In this document: piece by piece, positions 44,805 to 55,511 of the stretch
Layout of the letters: every line of letters begins with the position of its first letter
Position numbering within the stretch: position 1 is the first letter of the stretch
Assembly: GCF_003019035.1 (NCBI RefSeq)
Contig: NZ_CP027447.1
Source: Escherichia coli
GTDB taxonomy: Bacteria > Pseudomonadota > Gammaproteobacteria > Enterobacterales > Enterobacteriaceae
Length of the DNA: 64,000 nucleotides
Reading direction: 5' to 3' (one strand)
Translations under genes and position numbers: made by a program
The notes under the pieces: model-generated
The model's database searches: none
What the model was told of the DNA's origin: nothing
What the model saw: the letters and a program-made list of their open reading frames with translations, nothing else

Positions 44805-45825
44805 AGGCGCTACGCGTAATGCGATGGTGCGACCGCGTTTTGTCGCGCCATTGCCATAAGCGAAAAGACCACAGTAACGCCTGATAACCCACCTTCACGC
44901 TGCGCACATTGGTAATCAGGCGCTTATACATACCGGAAGTAAATATCTCGGCAATCATCCGTTGGCGGGTAAGAATATCCGGCTCTTTGCGCACCGCATG
45001 GCAAACACGCAATGCTTCGTAAGTTATTTGCTGATGAAATTCCGGATAAATCGTAATTTTGTCAGCATAATTTCGATTTAATTTCTCCAGCAGGCGGGTA
45101 ATCTTAATATAGTGACGTTGATAATTAAGGTTTTTGTTCCCTTGTCTGTTCAACCGACTCACTGACGTATTATGCAGATAATATTTATATAATGATTGCT
45201 CGGTATATCGCGCACGCAGCGCGTTAAACATAAATTCTGTTGTCCAGACAATATCCTGATGATGTAATCCGGCAATAAATTTAATGTTATTTTTAACAAT
45301 AACATCGCGGCGATAAACCCCCATCCAGACCACGTGTGTCCAACGGCGGGAAGAAAGCCCCATCCGCAGCCAGTCCGGACCGGTTAATACACCGGTTGAG
45401 CGAAGGCGATCGGTAGGGATGGATTGCCAGGTTTCACCCGTTTCACGAAAACACCAATCAGCGTTGCACTGCGCCACGTCGAGGTCGTCCTCTAACGCCA
45501 TGGTCATCAGCGTTTCGTACATGGTGGGATACACCTCATCGTCAGCATCGACAAAAGCGACATATTTTCCCGTTGCCACCTCGATCCCACGATTACGCGC
45601 CACCGATGCGCCAGCATTCGCCTGATGCAACAAACGAACGTGCGGATAGTTTTCTGCGTAATGCTTTGCTATTTCAACAGAATTATCCGTTGAACCATCG
45701 TTAATAATAATGATTTCCAGAGCAGTCCATGTTTGCGCAATTAAAGATTCCATACAAGTGCGGAAATCATTGCCCGCATTATATAACGGAATAATAACAC
45801 TAAGTTTATTGGTGCTGTTCATCAT
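44791..45825 (-). CDS. waaH: Family-2 glycosyltransferase (LPS core modification)
   Basis: 344-aa ORF MMNSTNKLSVIIPLYNAGNDFRTCMESLIAQT... with DxD (FVDADD); convergent with yibQ, overlapping its 3' end by 14 nt. Confidence 0.85.
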   Translation of the reverse strand: MMNSTNKLSVIIPLYNAGNDFRTCMESLIAQTWTALEIIIINDGSTDNSVEIAKHYAENYPHVRLLHQANAGASVARNRGIEVATGKYVAFVDADDEVYPTMYETLMTMALEDDLDVAQCNADWCFRETGETWQSIPTDRLRSTGVLTGPDWLRMGLSSRRWTHVVWMGVYRRDVIVKNNIKFIAGLHHQDIVWTTEFMFNALRARYTEQSLYKYYLHNTSVSRLNRQGNKNLNYQRHYIKITRLLEKLNRNYADKITIYPEFHQQITYEALRVCHAVRKEPDILTRQRMIAEIFTSGMYKRLITNVRSVKVGYQALLWSFRLWQWRDKTRSHHRITRSAFNLR

Positions 45826-46031
45826 AAATTACCGACGACCTCTGAAGTTATCCTGACGTTTTACAGGCTTTGTATTAAGAAACTATTAAGCCTGTGAGAT
45901 ATTATTTTTACCGGTGAGAGAGTCACGTCAGGGTAGAGAGATAATGAGAGCAGCTATATAAGAGATCAGCGCAATTACGATATCTTGATTACACTGACAG
46001 GATTTTACATATTTAACGGATTATCCTCAGG

Positions 46032-46054
46032 CAAAAGGGCTGGAATACCAGCCC
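46032..46054 (-). terminator. Rho-independent terminator after tdh
   Basis: GGGCTGG-aatacc-CCAGCCC hairpin 10 nt beyond the tdh stop, followed on the transcribed strand by UUUUG. Confidence 0.55.
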
Positions 46055-46063
46055 TTGTTCGTG

Positions 46064-47089
46064 TTAATCCCAGCTCAGAATAACTTTCCCGGACTGGCCC
46101 GAACGCATAGCGTCAAAGCCCTTCTGGAAATCATCGATAGAGAAACGATGGGTAATGATCGGCGAGAGATCGAGGCCAGACTGAATCAGCGCCGCCATCT
46201 TGTACCAGGTTTCAAACATCTCACGACCGTAAATACCTTTAATGAACAAGCCTTTAAAGATTACTTTGGTCCAGTCGATAGACATATCGGACGGTGGAAT
46301 ACCCAGCATCGCAATACGACCGCCGTGGTTCATGGTGTCGAGCATGGTACGAAACGCTGGCGGCGCACCGGACATTTCCAGACCGACATCAAAGCCTTCG
46401 GTCATGCCCAGTTCTGTCATCACATCATTAAGGTTTTCTTTCGCGACGTTAACCGCACGGGTGATACCCATTTTACGCGCCAGCTCAAGGCGGTATTCGT
46501 TAACATCAGTAATCACCACGTTACGTGCACCAACGTGTTTCGCCACCGCCGCCGCCATAATACCAATCGGGCCTGCACCAGAGACCAGCACATCCTCGCC
46601 CACCAGATCAAACGACAGCGCGGTATGCACGGCGTTACCGAAGGGATCAAAAATGGAAGCCAGATCATCGGAGATATTGTCGGGGATTTTGAAAGCGTTG
46701 AACGCCGGAATCACCAGATACTCGGCGAAGCAGCCCGGACGGTTAACGCCGACGCCGATCGTGTTGCGGCACAGATGGGTACGACCGCCACGACAATTGC
46801 GACAGTGACCGCAGGTGATATGGCCTTCGCCAGAAACGCGATCGCCAATCTTGAAGCCTTTCACTTCCTGACCAATACCTACCACTTCACCGACATATTC
46901 ATGGCCCACGACCATCGGCACCGGGATGGTTTTTTGCGACCACTCATCCCAGTTATAGATGTGAACGTCAGTCCCGCAGATGGCTGTTTTACGGATTTTA
47001 ATCAGCAGATCGTTATGCCCGAGTTCCGGTACAGGAACGTCGGTCATCCAGATGCCCTCTTCCGCTTTCAGTTTGGATAACGCTTTCAT
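46064..47089 (-). CDS. tdh: L-threonine 3-dehydrogenase
   Basis: 341-aa [48 protein letters not shown]...; Zn-ADH signatures. Confidence 0.95.
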   Translation of the reverse strand: MKALSKLKAEEGIWMTDVPVPELGHNDLLIKIRKTAICGTDVHIYNWDEWSQKTIPVPMVVGHEYVGEVVGIGQEVKGFKIGDRVSGEGHITCGHCRNCRGGRTHLCRNTIGVGVNRPGCFAEYLVIPAFNAFKIPDNISDDLASIFDPFGNAVHTALSFDLVGEDVLVSGAGPIGIMAAAVAKHVGARNVVITDVNEYRLELARKMGITRAVNVAKENLNDVMTELGMTEGFDVGLEMSGAPPAFRTMLDTMNHGGRIAMLGIPPSDMSIDWTKVIFKGLFIKGIYGREMFETWYKMAALIQSGLDLSPIITHRFSIDDFQKGFDAMRSGQSGKVILSWD

Positions 47090-47098
47090 CTCACATCC

Positions 47099-48295
47099 TC
47101 AGGCGATAACGCCCAGTTGTTTACCAATACGCGTGAATGCTTCTACTGCACGCGTAATTTGCTCAGGGGTATGCGCCGCAGACATCTGGGTACGAATACG
47201 CGCCTGACCTTTCGGAACGACCGGATAGAAGAAACCGGTGACGTAAATGCCCTCTTTTTGCAGCTCACGGGCAAATTTCTGCGCCACTACCGCATCGCCA
47301 AGCATGACCGGAATAATGGCGTGATCGGCTCCCGACAGGGTAAAGCCCGCCGCCGACATTTGCTCACGGAACTGACGCGCGTTCGCCCACAGACGGTCAC
47401 GCAGCTCGCTACCCGCTTCAACCATCTCCAGCACTTTGATGGAAGCGGCAACAATGGCCGGTGCCAGCGAGTTGGAGAACAGGTACGGACGAGAACGCTG
47501 GCGCAGCCACTCAACCACTTCTTTGCGCGCCGCGGTATAACCACCAGAAGCCCCGCCCAATGCTTTACCCAACGTACCGGTAATGATGTCTACACGCCCC
47601 ATCACATCGCAGTATTCATGGGAACCACGACCATTTTCACCGACAAAACCGACCGCGTGGGAGTCGTCTACCATCACCAGGGCATCGTATTTATCTGCCA
47701 GATCGCAAACGCCCTTCAGGTTGGCAATCACGCCGTCCATCGAGAACACACCATCGGTGGCAATCAGCACATGACGCGCACCGGCTTCACGCGCTTCTTT
47801 CAGACGTGCTTCCAGCTCCTGCATATCGTTGTTGGCATAGCGATAGCGTTTAGCTTTACACAGACGCACACCATCAATAATAGACGCGTGGTTCAGTGCG
47901 TCGGAGATAATGGCGTCTTCCGCGCCCAACAGCGTTTCAAACAGGCCACCGTTAGCATCAAAGCAGGAAGAGTAGAGAATCGCATCTTCCATCCCCAGGA
48001 ATGCCGCCAGTTTCTGTTCAAGCTCTTTATGGCTGTCCTGAGTGCCGCAAATAAAACGCACCGAAGCCATGCCGAAACCGTGAGAATCCATTCCCGCCTT
48101 TGCCGCCGCAATCAGATCCGGATGATTCGCCAGCCCGAGATAGTTGTTGGCACAAAAGTTAATGACGTGGCTTCCATCAGCCACAGTGATATCTGCTTGC
48201 TGCGCAGACGTAATAATGCGCTCTTCTTTAAACAACCCTTCCGCCCGTGCGGTTTCCAGATCGTTGGTTAACTGCTGATAAAATTCTCCACGCAT
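47099..48295 (-). CDS. kbl: 2-amino-3-ketobutyrate CoA ligase (glycine C-acetyltransferase)
   Basis: 398-aa [41 protein letters not shown]...; 9 nt upstream of tdh. Confidence 0.95.
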   Translation of the reverse strand: MRGEFYQQLTNDLETARAEGLFKEERIITSAQQADITVADGSHVINFCANNYLGLANHPDLIAAAKAGMDSHGFGMASVRFICGTQDSHKELEQKLAAFLGMEDAILYSSCFDANGGLFETLLGAEDAIISDALNHASIIDGVRLCKAKRYRYANNDMQELEARLKEAREAGARHVLIATDGVFSMDGVIANLKGVCDLADKYDALVMVDDSHAVGFVGENGRGSHEYCDVMGRVDIITGTLGKALGGASGGYTAARKEVVEWLRQRSRPYLFSNSLAPAIVAASIKVLEMVEAGSELRDRLWANARQFREQMSAAGFTLSGADHAIIPVMLGDAVVAQKFARELQKEGIYVTGFFYPVVPKGQARIRTQMSAAHTPEQITRAVEAFTRIGKQLGVIA

Positions 48296-48508
48296 TGCGA
48301 TTCTCCAGACAGGGCAAATTCCAGCACATATTACCCAAACTTATAGGTCGCGACGAGATGACGCATTAACACTTCTGCAAAATTCAGGATAAATAACGTC
48401 CATCAATCTCACTTTTGGCGAATGGCTGAAGCCAACGCCGTGTAGTGATATGATAGAAGTATTCGTGTCTGAGATTGTCTCTGACTCCATAATTCGAAGG
48501 TTACAGTT

Positions 48509-49441
48509 ATGATCATCGTTACCGGCGGCGCGGGCTTTATCGGCAGCAACATCGTTAAGGCCCTGAATGATAAAGGCATCACCGATATTCTGGTGGTGGA
48601 CAACCTGAAAGACGGCACCAAGTTTGTGAACCTGGTGGATCTGGATATCGCGGACTATATGGATAAGGAAGACTTCCTGATCCAGATTATGGCTGGCGAA
48701 GAGTTCGGCGATGTCGAAGCGATTTTCCACGAAGGCGCGTGCTCTTCCACCACCGAGTGGGACGGCAAGTATATGATGGATAACAACTATCAATACTCCA
48801 AAGAGCTGCTGCACTACTGCCTGGAGCGCGAAATCCCGTTCCTGTACGCCTCTTCTGCAGCCACTTACGGCGGTCGCACCTCCGACTTTATTGAATCCCG
48901 CGAATATGAAAAACCGTTGAATGTCTACGGTTACTCAAAATTCCTGTTTGATGAATATGTTCGCCAAATCCTGCCGGAAGCCAACTCGCAGATTGTTGGC
49001 TTCCGCTATTTCAACGTTTATGGACCGCGTGAAGGCCATAAAGGCAGCATGGCGAGCGTCGCTTTCCATCTCAACACTCAGCTTAACAACGGTGAATCGC
49101 CGAAGCTGTTCGAAGGTAGCGAGAACTTCAAACGCGACTTCGTTTACGTAGGCGACGTGGCAGATGTAAACCTGTGGTTCCTGGAAAATGGCGTTTCCGG
49201 TATCTTCAACCTCGGTACTGGTCGTGCGGAATCCTTCCAGGCGGTAGCCGATGCAACGCTTGCTTATCACAAGAAAGGCCAGATCGAATACATTCCGTTC
49301 CCGGATAAACTGAAAGGCCGCTATCAGGCGTTCACTCAGGCAGATCTGACAAATCTGCGCGCGGCGGGTTACGACAAACCGTTCAAAACCGTTGCTGAAG
49401 GTGTAACGGAATACATGGCCTGGCTGAATCGCGACGCATAA
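48509..49441 (+). CDS. hldD: ADP-L-glycero-D-manno-heptose 6-epimerase
   Basis: 310-aa [36 protein letters not shown]...; Rossmann GxGxxG. Confidence 0.95.
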
Positions 49442-49450
49442 GAGCTCTGC

Positions 49451-50497
49451 ATGAAAATACTGGTGATCGGCCCGTCTTGGGTTGGCGACATGATGATGTC
49501 GCAAAGTCTCTATCGCACGCTCCAGGCGCGCTATCCCCAGGCGATAATCGACGTGATGGCACCGGCATGGTGCCGTCCATTATTATCGCGGATGCCGGAA
49601 GTTAACGAAGCGATCCCTATGCCTCTCGGTCACGGAGCGCTGGAAATCGGCGAACGCCGCAAACTGGGTCATAGTCTGCGTGAAAAGCGCTACGACCGCG
49701 CCTACGTCTTACCTAACTCCTTCAAATCCGCATTAGTGCCTTTCTTCGCAGGTATTCCTCATCGCACCGGCTGGCGCGGCGAGATGCGCTACGGTTTACT
49801 CAACGATGTACGCGTGCTCGATAAAGAAGCCTGGCCGCTAATGGTGGAACGCTATGTCGCGCTGGCCTATGACAAAGGCATTATGCGTACAGCACAAGAT
49901 CTGCCGCAGCCATTGTTATGGCCGCAGTTGCAGGTGAGCGAAGGTGAAAAATCATATACCTGTAATCAGTTTTCGCTCTCATCAGAACGTCCGATGATTG
50001 GCTTTTGCCCCGGAGCGGAGTTTGGTCCGGCAAAACGCTGGCCACACTACCACTATGCGGAGCTGGCAAAGCAGCTGATTGATGAAGGTTATCAGGTGGT
50101 TCTGTTTGGCTCGGCGAAAGATCATGAAGCGGGCAATGAGATTCTTGCCGCTTTGAATACCGAGCAGCAGGCATGGTGTCGGAATCTGGCGGGAGAAACA
50201 CAGCTCGATCAAGCGGTTATCCTGATTGCAGCCTGTAAGGCCATTGTCACTAACGATTCTGGTCTGATGCACGTTGCGGCGGCGCTCAATCGTCCGCTGG
50301 TTGCCTTGTATGGTCCGAGTAGCCCGGACTTCACACCGCCGCTATCCCATAAAGCACGCGTGATCCGCCTGATTACCGGCTATCACAAAGTGCGTAAAGG
50401 TGACGCAGCGGAGGGTTATCACCAGAGCTTAATCGACATTACTCCCCAGCGCGTACTGGAAGAACTCAACGCGCTATTGTTACAAGAGGAAGCCTGA
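49451..50497 (+). CDS. waaF: LPS heptosyltransferase II
   Basis: 348-aa ORF MKILVIGPSWVGDMMMSQSLYRTLQARYPQAIIDVMAP... Confidence 0.93.
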   Translation: MKILVIGPSWVGDMMMSQSLYRTLQARYPQAIIDVMAPAWCRPLLSRMPEVNEAIPMPLGHGALEIGERRKLGHSLREKRYDRAYVLPNSFKSALVPFFAGIPHRTGWRGEMRYGLLNDVRVLDKEAWPLMVERYVALAYDKGIMRTAQDLPQPLLWPQLQVSEGEKSYTCNQFSLSSERPMIGFCPGAEFGPAKRWPHYHYAELAKQLIDEGYQVVLFGSAKDHEAGNEILAALNTEQQAWCRNLAGETQLDQAVILIAACKAIVTNDSGLMHVAAALNRPLVALYGPSSPDFTPPLSHKARVIRLITGYHKVRKGDAAEGYHQSLIDITPQRVLEELNALLLQEEA

Positions 50498-50500
50498 CGG

Positions 50501-51460
50501 ATGCGGGTTCTGATCGTTAAAACATCGTCGATGGGCGATGTTCTCCACACGCTGCCCGCACTCACTGATGCCCAGCAGGCAATCCCAGGGATTAAGTTTG
50601 ACTGGGTGGTGGAAGAAGGGTTCGCACAGATTCCTTCCTGGCACGCCGCCGTTGAGCGAGTTATTCCTGTGGCAATACGTCGCTGGCGTAAAGCCTGGTT
50701 CTCGGCCCCCATAAAAGCTGAACGCAAAGCGTTTCGTGAAGCGCTACAAGTAGAGAACTATGACGCAGTTATCGATGCTCAGGGGCTGGTAAAAAGCGCG
50801 GCGCTGGTGACGCGTCTGGCGCATGGCGTAAAGCATGGAATGGACTGGCAAACCGCTCGCGAACCACTGGCAAGCTTGTTTTACAATCGTAAGCATCATA
50901 TTGCAAAACAGCAGCACGCCGTAGAACGCACCCGCGAACTGTTTGCCAAAAGTCTGGGCTATAGCAAACCACAAACCCAGGGCGATTATGCTATCGCACA
51001 GCATTTCCTGACGAACCTGCCTACAGATGCTGGCGAATATGCCGTATTTCTTCATGCAACAACCCGAGATGATAAACACTGGCCGGAAGAACACTGGCGA
51101 GAATTGATTGGTTTACTGGCTGATTCAGGAATACGGATTAAACTTCCGTGGGGCGCGCCGCATGAGGAAGAACGGGCGAAACGACTGGCGGAAGGATTTG
51201 CTTATGTTGAAGTATTGCCGAAGATGAGTCTGGAAGGCGTTGCCCGCGTACTGGCTGGGGCTAAATTTGTAGTGTCGGTGGATACGGGGTTAAGCCATTT
51301 AACGGCTGCACTGGATAGACCCAATATCACGGTTTATGGACCTACCGATCCGGGACTAATTGGTGGGTATGGGAAGAATCAGATGGTTTGTAGGGCTCCG
51401 GGGAAAAGTTTAAATAATCTCAACGGTCAAGCAGTTTTGGAAAAGTTATCATCATTATAA
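50501..51460 (+). CDS. waaC: LPS heptosyltransferase I
   Basis: 319-aa ORF MRVLIVKTSSMGDVLHTLPALTDAQQAIPGIKFDWVVEEGF... Confidence 0.93.
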   Translation: MRVLIVKTSSMGDVLHTLPALTDAQQAIPGIKFDWVVEEGFAQIPSWHAAVERVIPVAIRRWRKAWFSAPIKAERKAFREALQVENYDAVIDAQGLVKSAALVTRLAHGVKHGMDWQTAREPLASLFYNRKHHIAKQQHAVERTRELFAKSLGYSKPQTQGDYAIAQHFLTNLPTDAGEYAVFLHATTRDDKHWPEEHWRELIGLLADSGIRIKLPWGAPHEEERAKRLAEGFAYVEVLPKMSLEGVARVLAGAKFVVSVDTGLSHLTAALDRPNITVYGPTDPGLIGGYGKNQMVCRAPGKSLNNLNGQAVLEKLSSL

Positions 51461-51469
51461 AGGTAAAAC

Positions 51470-52735
51470 ATGCCAACCTTCATTAAACTTCATTCATGGA
51501 AACCTTACACTCTGAAATCATCTATGATTTTAGAGATAATAACTTATATATTATGTTTTTTTTCATTAATAATTGCATTCGTCGATAACACATTCAGCAT
51601 AAAGATGTATAACATCACTGCTATAACTTGCTTATTGGCGCTAATTTTACGTGGCAGACAAAAAAATTACAATATAAAAAATCTTATTCTGCCCCTTTCT
51701 ATAATTATTATAGGCTTGCTTGATTTAATTTGGTATTCTATATTTAAAGTAGATAACTCGCCATTTCGTGCTACTTACCATAGTTATTTAAATACTGCCA
51801 AAATATTTATATTTGGTTCTTTTATTGTTTTTTTAGCACTAACTAGTCAGCTAAAATATAAAAAAGAGAGTGTATTATACATTTTATATTCTCTGTCATT
51901 TATAATTGCTGGATATGCAATGTATATTAATAGCATTCATGAATATGACCGTATTTTTTTTGGTGTAGGAACGGCAACAGGAGCGGCATATTCAACAATG
52001 CTAATAGGGATAGTTAGTGGTGTTGCGATTCTTTATACTAAGAAAAACCATCCTTTTTTATTTTTATTAAATAGTTGCGCGGTACTTTATATTCTGGCGC
52101 TGACACAAACCAGAGCAACACTACTCCTGTTTCCTGTAATTTGTGCTGTTACATTAATAGCTTATTATAATAAATCACCTAAGAAATATACTTCCGCTAT
52201 TGTTCTTCTAATTGCTATATTGGCTAGTATTGTAATTATATTTAATAAACCAATACAGAATCGCTATAATGAAGCATTAAATGATTTAAACAGTTATACC
52301 AATGCTAATAGCGTGACTTCCTTAGGTGCAAGGCTGGCAATGTACGAAATTGGTTTGGATATATTCAAAAAGTCACCTTTTTCATTTAGATCTGCAGAGT
52401 CGCGCGCTGAAAGTATGAATTTGTTAGTTGCAGAACACAACAGGCTAAGAGGGGCATTGGAGTTTTCTAACGTACACCTACATAATGAGATAATTGAAGC
52501 AGCGTCACTAAAAGGTCTGATGGGGATTTTTTCCACCATTTTCCTCTATTTTTCACTATTTTATACAGCATATAAAAAACGCGCATTGGGTTTGTTGATA
52601 TTAACGCTTGGCATAGTGGGGATTGGACTCAGTGATGTAATCATATGGGCACGCAGCATTCCAATTATCGTTATATCCGCTATAGTCCTCTTGCTTGTTA
52701 TTAATAACCGCAACAATACTATTAATCAAGAATAG
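51470..52735 (+). CDS. waaL: O-antigen ligase
   Basis: 421-aa polytopic membrane protein, very AT-rich; position after waaC; sequence resembles the K-12-type WaaL as I recall it. Confidence 0.85.
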   Translation: MPTFIKLHSWKPYTLKSSMILEIITYILCFFSLIIAFVDNTFSIKMYNITAITCLLALILRGRQKNYNIKNLILPLSIIIIGLLDLIWYSIFKVDNSPFRATYHSYLNTAKIFIFGSFIVFLALTSQLKYKKESVLYILYSLSFIIAGYAMYINSIHEYDRIFFGVGTATGAAYSTMLIGIVSGVAILYTKKNHPFLFLLNSCAVLYILALTQTRATLLLFPVICAVTLIAYYNKSPKKYTSAIVLLIAILASIVIIFNKPIQNRYNEALNDLNSYTNANSVTSLGARLAMYEIGLDIFKKSPFSFRSAESRAESMNLLVAEHNRLRGALEFSNVHLHNEIIEAASLKGLMGIFSTIFLYFSLFYTAYKKRALGLLILTLGIVGIGLSDVIIWARSIPIIVISAIVLLLVINNRNNTINQE

Positions 52736-52760
52736 ACAAGTTTAAGAAGTGAGTTTTAAC

Positions 52761-53834
52761 TCACTTCTTATCTATACAAATTAATCTCTTTACTGAATCA
52801 GTTAAAATTTCAGTATCGATATCTTTTATCGTAAATGTTGGAGATACTATTTGTATAGATTGATGATTATTCGGGGCCCAAATTAAATGTGAGGGATATT
52901 CTGGTGTACGTGAATTAGGATAAAATGCAAGAGTTGGTTTATGATAAGCAGTAGCGATATGAACAAGAGCAGTATCAACAGAAATGACAAAATCACTATA
53001 CTTAGTCAACGCAACAGTATAAATAAACTCGTCAAATGGTAGTGTTTCAATTTCAGGTATTGGTATTGTCAATAAATCTTGCGGTAACCCAGTAAATATC
53101 ACTCGATAATTCTCAAACTGGACTTTCACTTCTTGATATATAACTTTTATTTGCTCAAACGTAAGTCGGCATATTTTTTTTGCACCTAATGGATTAATGA
53201 TGACTATCCTTGTATTTCCAATAAAATCTATTATTTTATTTTCAACATCTACAGGCAAATGCAAGTCGTAGTCGGTGGAAAATTCACCCTCACCATAAAT
53301 ATGCTTCAGTATTTCTATTGCTCGTGTACTCATATGTTCTTTTAAACATTCATCATGGGGATGGTAAAATGAATAGTAACGCTTATACCATTGATCAAAA
53401 CCCAGAATGTAAGAATATTTTAAACTTGATAATATTAAACTATGCTTAAATGAGGGCATAGTTTCAAAGGGGTCTAATACAATATCGAACTGTAAATCCC
53501 GCAGATGCTTACATAGAGTAAGCATTTTAAGGGAACCTGTTGATTCTTTAATACAGAATCCAAATATATTTTTATTGTTAGAGAGAAACTCCCCACCCTT
53601 TCTATTTGTGAGAATAGTTATTTTAACTCCTTTACTGTAAAGCTCACGATAAATCGAACTTAATACAATTAAATCACCGAGTTTATTATTATCATGAATG
53701 ATAAGGCATGATTTAACTTGTGCGAGATCTGTAACTTGGTTATTGATTTTTTTACGAAATAAAAAAGAAAGAAAATTAATCTTGATTTTGTTTATATAAA
53801 ATCTTTTCTTTTTGTGAAAAGTTCCTAAACGCAT
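52761..53834 (-). CDS. waaU: LPS core heptosyltransferase IV (GT9 family)
   Basis: 357-aa ORF with heptosyltransferase-like C-terminal region (…ISVDTALVHIATA…); last gene of the waaQ operon in the K-12-type arrangement. Confidence 0.75.
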   Translation of the reverse strand: MRLGTFHKKKRFYINKIKINFLSFLFRKKINNQVTDLAQVKSCLIIHDNNKLGDLIVLSSIYRELYSKGVKITILTNRKGGEFLSNNKNIFGFCIKESTGSLKMLTLCKHLRDLQFDIVLDPFETMPSFKHSLILSSLKYSYILGFDQWYKRYYSFYHPHDECLKEHMSTRAIEILKHIYGEGEFSTDYDLHLPVDVENKIIDFIGNTRIVIINPLGAKKICRLTFEQIKVIYQEVKVQFENYRVIFTGLPQDLLTIPIPEIETLPFDEFIYTVALTKYSDFVISVDTALVHIATAYHKPTLAFYPNSRTPEYPSHLIWAPNNHQSIQIVSPTFTIKDIDTEILTDSVKRLICIDKK

Positions 53835-53866
53835 TTTTATACCATAATATTTTAGTTACAGGATGA

Positions 53867-54724
53867 TTAATTAGCATAAGAATCAGTTGAAGCTTTATAT
53901 TCCATTTTTTTCCTTATCTTATCCTGTGACTTTGACTCTTCTGAACTGATATCGAGAGGCTTAATAAATGGAATTACATCGTAAGAAATAGCCGTATCAT
54001 CTGACAAATTATAAATATTAATATCTTCTACATTATCACGCATAAAACGGAAAAATGGTAAGATTTTAAACAAATCCCTACTCAATTCCGAGGGCATAGG
54101 ATTGTTACTTTCGTCATAGAAACGAGTACAACTACCAGTTAAATCAAGACCAGAACAAATAATCCGCGCATACTTCAGCGAATAGGCTATTTGGATTGCA
54201 GCAAAGGCAACGGTATGGCATGAACAATAACCGAGATTAATATCCTTGCAAAAGCCAACCAGACGACCTTTTTTAGAAAAAGGTACAGAAATCAGGAGCT
54301 CTTTATGAATTCGGCTCAAAATATTAAACTTAATCTTCTTAATCAATCCACCTTTTTCTCTGCGGTAAAATGAACGTAGTACCAGGCAGTTTTGAAGGAT
54401 GTACCGTTTATCTTCTTCAGAAGCATGTTCATAAACATCAACATTTACGATGGTATAACGACTTCTCTGGCTAAATTTATAAAAATCATCACGTCGTTGA
54501 TGTAAAAAGCGAACATCAGTAAGTACATAAATATACGGAATAATATTATGACTTAATAGATATTGCGCAGAACCATTGACAGCAATAACATCCCTTGTCT
54601 GCAGCACTGACAATGGTGTTTTTTGCGATGTGGGGCCGGAAAGAAAAATAATAACATCATCAGACGTTTTACTTTCTATCAGGTTCTCAACATCTTTTTT
54701 GCCAATGTATCTAATATTCTTCAT
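53867..54724 (-). CDS. waaZ: LPS core biosynthesis protein WaaZ
   Basis: 285-aa ORF MKNIRYIGKKDVENLIESKTSDDVIIFLSG...; position between waaY and waaU. Confidence 0.8.
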   Translation of the reverse strand: MKNIRYIGKKDVENLIESKTSDDVIIFLSGPTSQKTPLSVLQTRDVIAVNGSAQYLLSHNIIPYIYVLTDVRFLHQRRDDFYKFSQRSRYTIVNVDVYEHASEEDKRYILQNCLVLRSFYRREKGGLIKKIKFNILSRIHKELLISVPFSKKGRLVGFCKDINLGYCSCHTVAFAAIQIAYSLKYARIICSGLDLTGSCTRFYDESNNPMPSELSRDLFKILPFFRFMRDNVEDINIYNLSDDTAISYDVIPFIKPLDISSEESKSQDKIRKKMEYKASTDSYAN

Positions 54725-54795
54725 GATAAACCTGTGAAATAAGAACTCCGCATAGAAATGTCCTGATGAAGACGTTTAAACGTAAGACGTTTACA

Positions 54796-55494
54796 TTATC
54801 GTGCTGGCTTCCCTTTCAAACGCCGCATAAGATTACGTATTTTTTTACGATAAACTAAAATATAATAACCGAGATCTTTAATCTCATTCTTAATACCATA
54901 ATGTCGCTCTAAATCAATACGATCTTTCGCTTTACGTTGTGCAGATGCCCGTTTTCCTGAAAGATCAATAATACGTACTTCACCATTTTCAATAATAAAA
55001 TTACCGCGGTGAGGATCACCAGATACCATACCATGTTTGTGCAATGAACGGATTGATTGTTGAATTTTATTTTTTAACGTTTCATCAATGTCGGGGATAT
55101 CACACAACTCTACGCCATCGATATATTCGATAAGCATGATATAAGTATGGACAAAACGTAATGTTTTCCGTTCTGCCAATAAATAAAAATCATTGAGTGT
55201 ATTTAACCCTTCATTTCTTACTTTTTGGGTTTGCTCAAAAAGGCGTTCGTAATAATCACCTTTTAACAGAGACTTAAAGAAACGTTCGTTACGCTTAACT
55301 TTCGGAGAAAAAACCTTAAGAATCAATTTGCCGTAATCGGTATCAATAAGCATAACTTTTGTATCATCAATAGAACGAAAAACCTTGATGATATTTATAT
55401 TATAAGACAAGAAGTCATTTAATACATTGAGATACTTTGAATTGTTTTCATCGGTAAAAACAACCAAGTCTTTGATCTTGCTCTTCTGAATCAT
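54796..55494 (-). CDS. waaY: LPS core heptose(II) kinase
   Basis: 232-aa ORF with kinase-like motifs (HGMVSGDPHRGNFI). Confidence 0.85.
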   Translation of the reverse strand: MIQKSKIKDLVVFTDENNSKYLNVLNDFLSYNINIIKVFRSIDDTKVMLIDTDYGKLILKVFSPKVKRNERFFKSLLKGDYYERLFEQTQKVRNEGLNTLNDFYLLAERKTLRFVHTYIMLIEYIDGVELCDIPDIDETLKNKIQQSIRSLHKHGMVSGDPHRGNFIIENGEVRIIDLSGKRASAQRKAKDRIDLERHYGIKNEIKDLGYYILVYRKKIRNLMRRLKGKPAR

Positions 55495-55511
55495 AATAAA
55501 CCAGTTAAGTG

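Noticed and set aside
46055-48271. Long plus-strand ORFs mirroring tdh (46055-47080, 341 aa) and kbl (47117-48271, 384 aa)
   Set aside because: Each is almost exactly coextensive with a confidently identified minus-strand gene and translates to Arg/His-rich low-complexity sequence; antisense artefacts.
48341-48814. 157-codon minus-strand ORF overlapping the hldD start
   Set aside because: Overlaps the 5' third of hldD on the opposite strand and lacks a ribosome-binding site; not a convincing htrL replacement.
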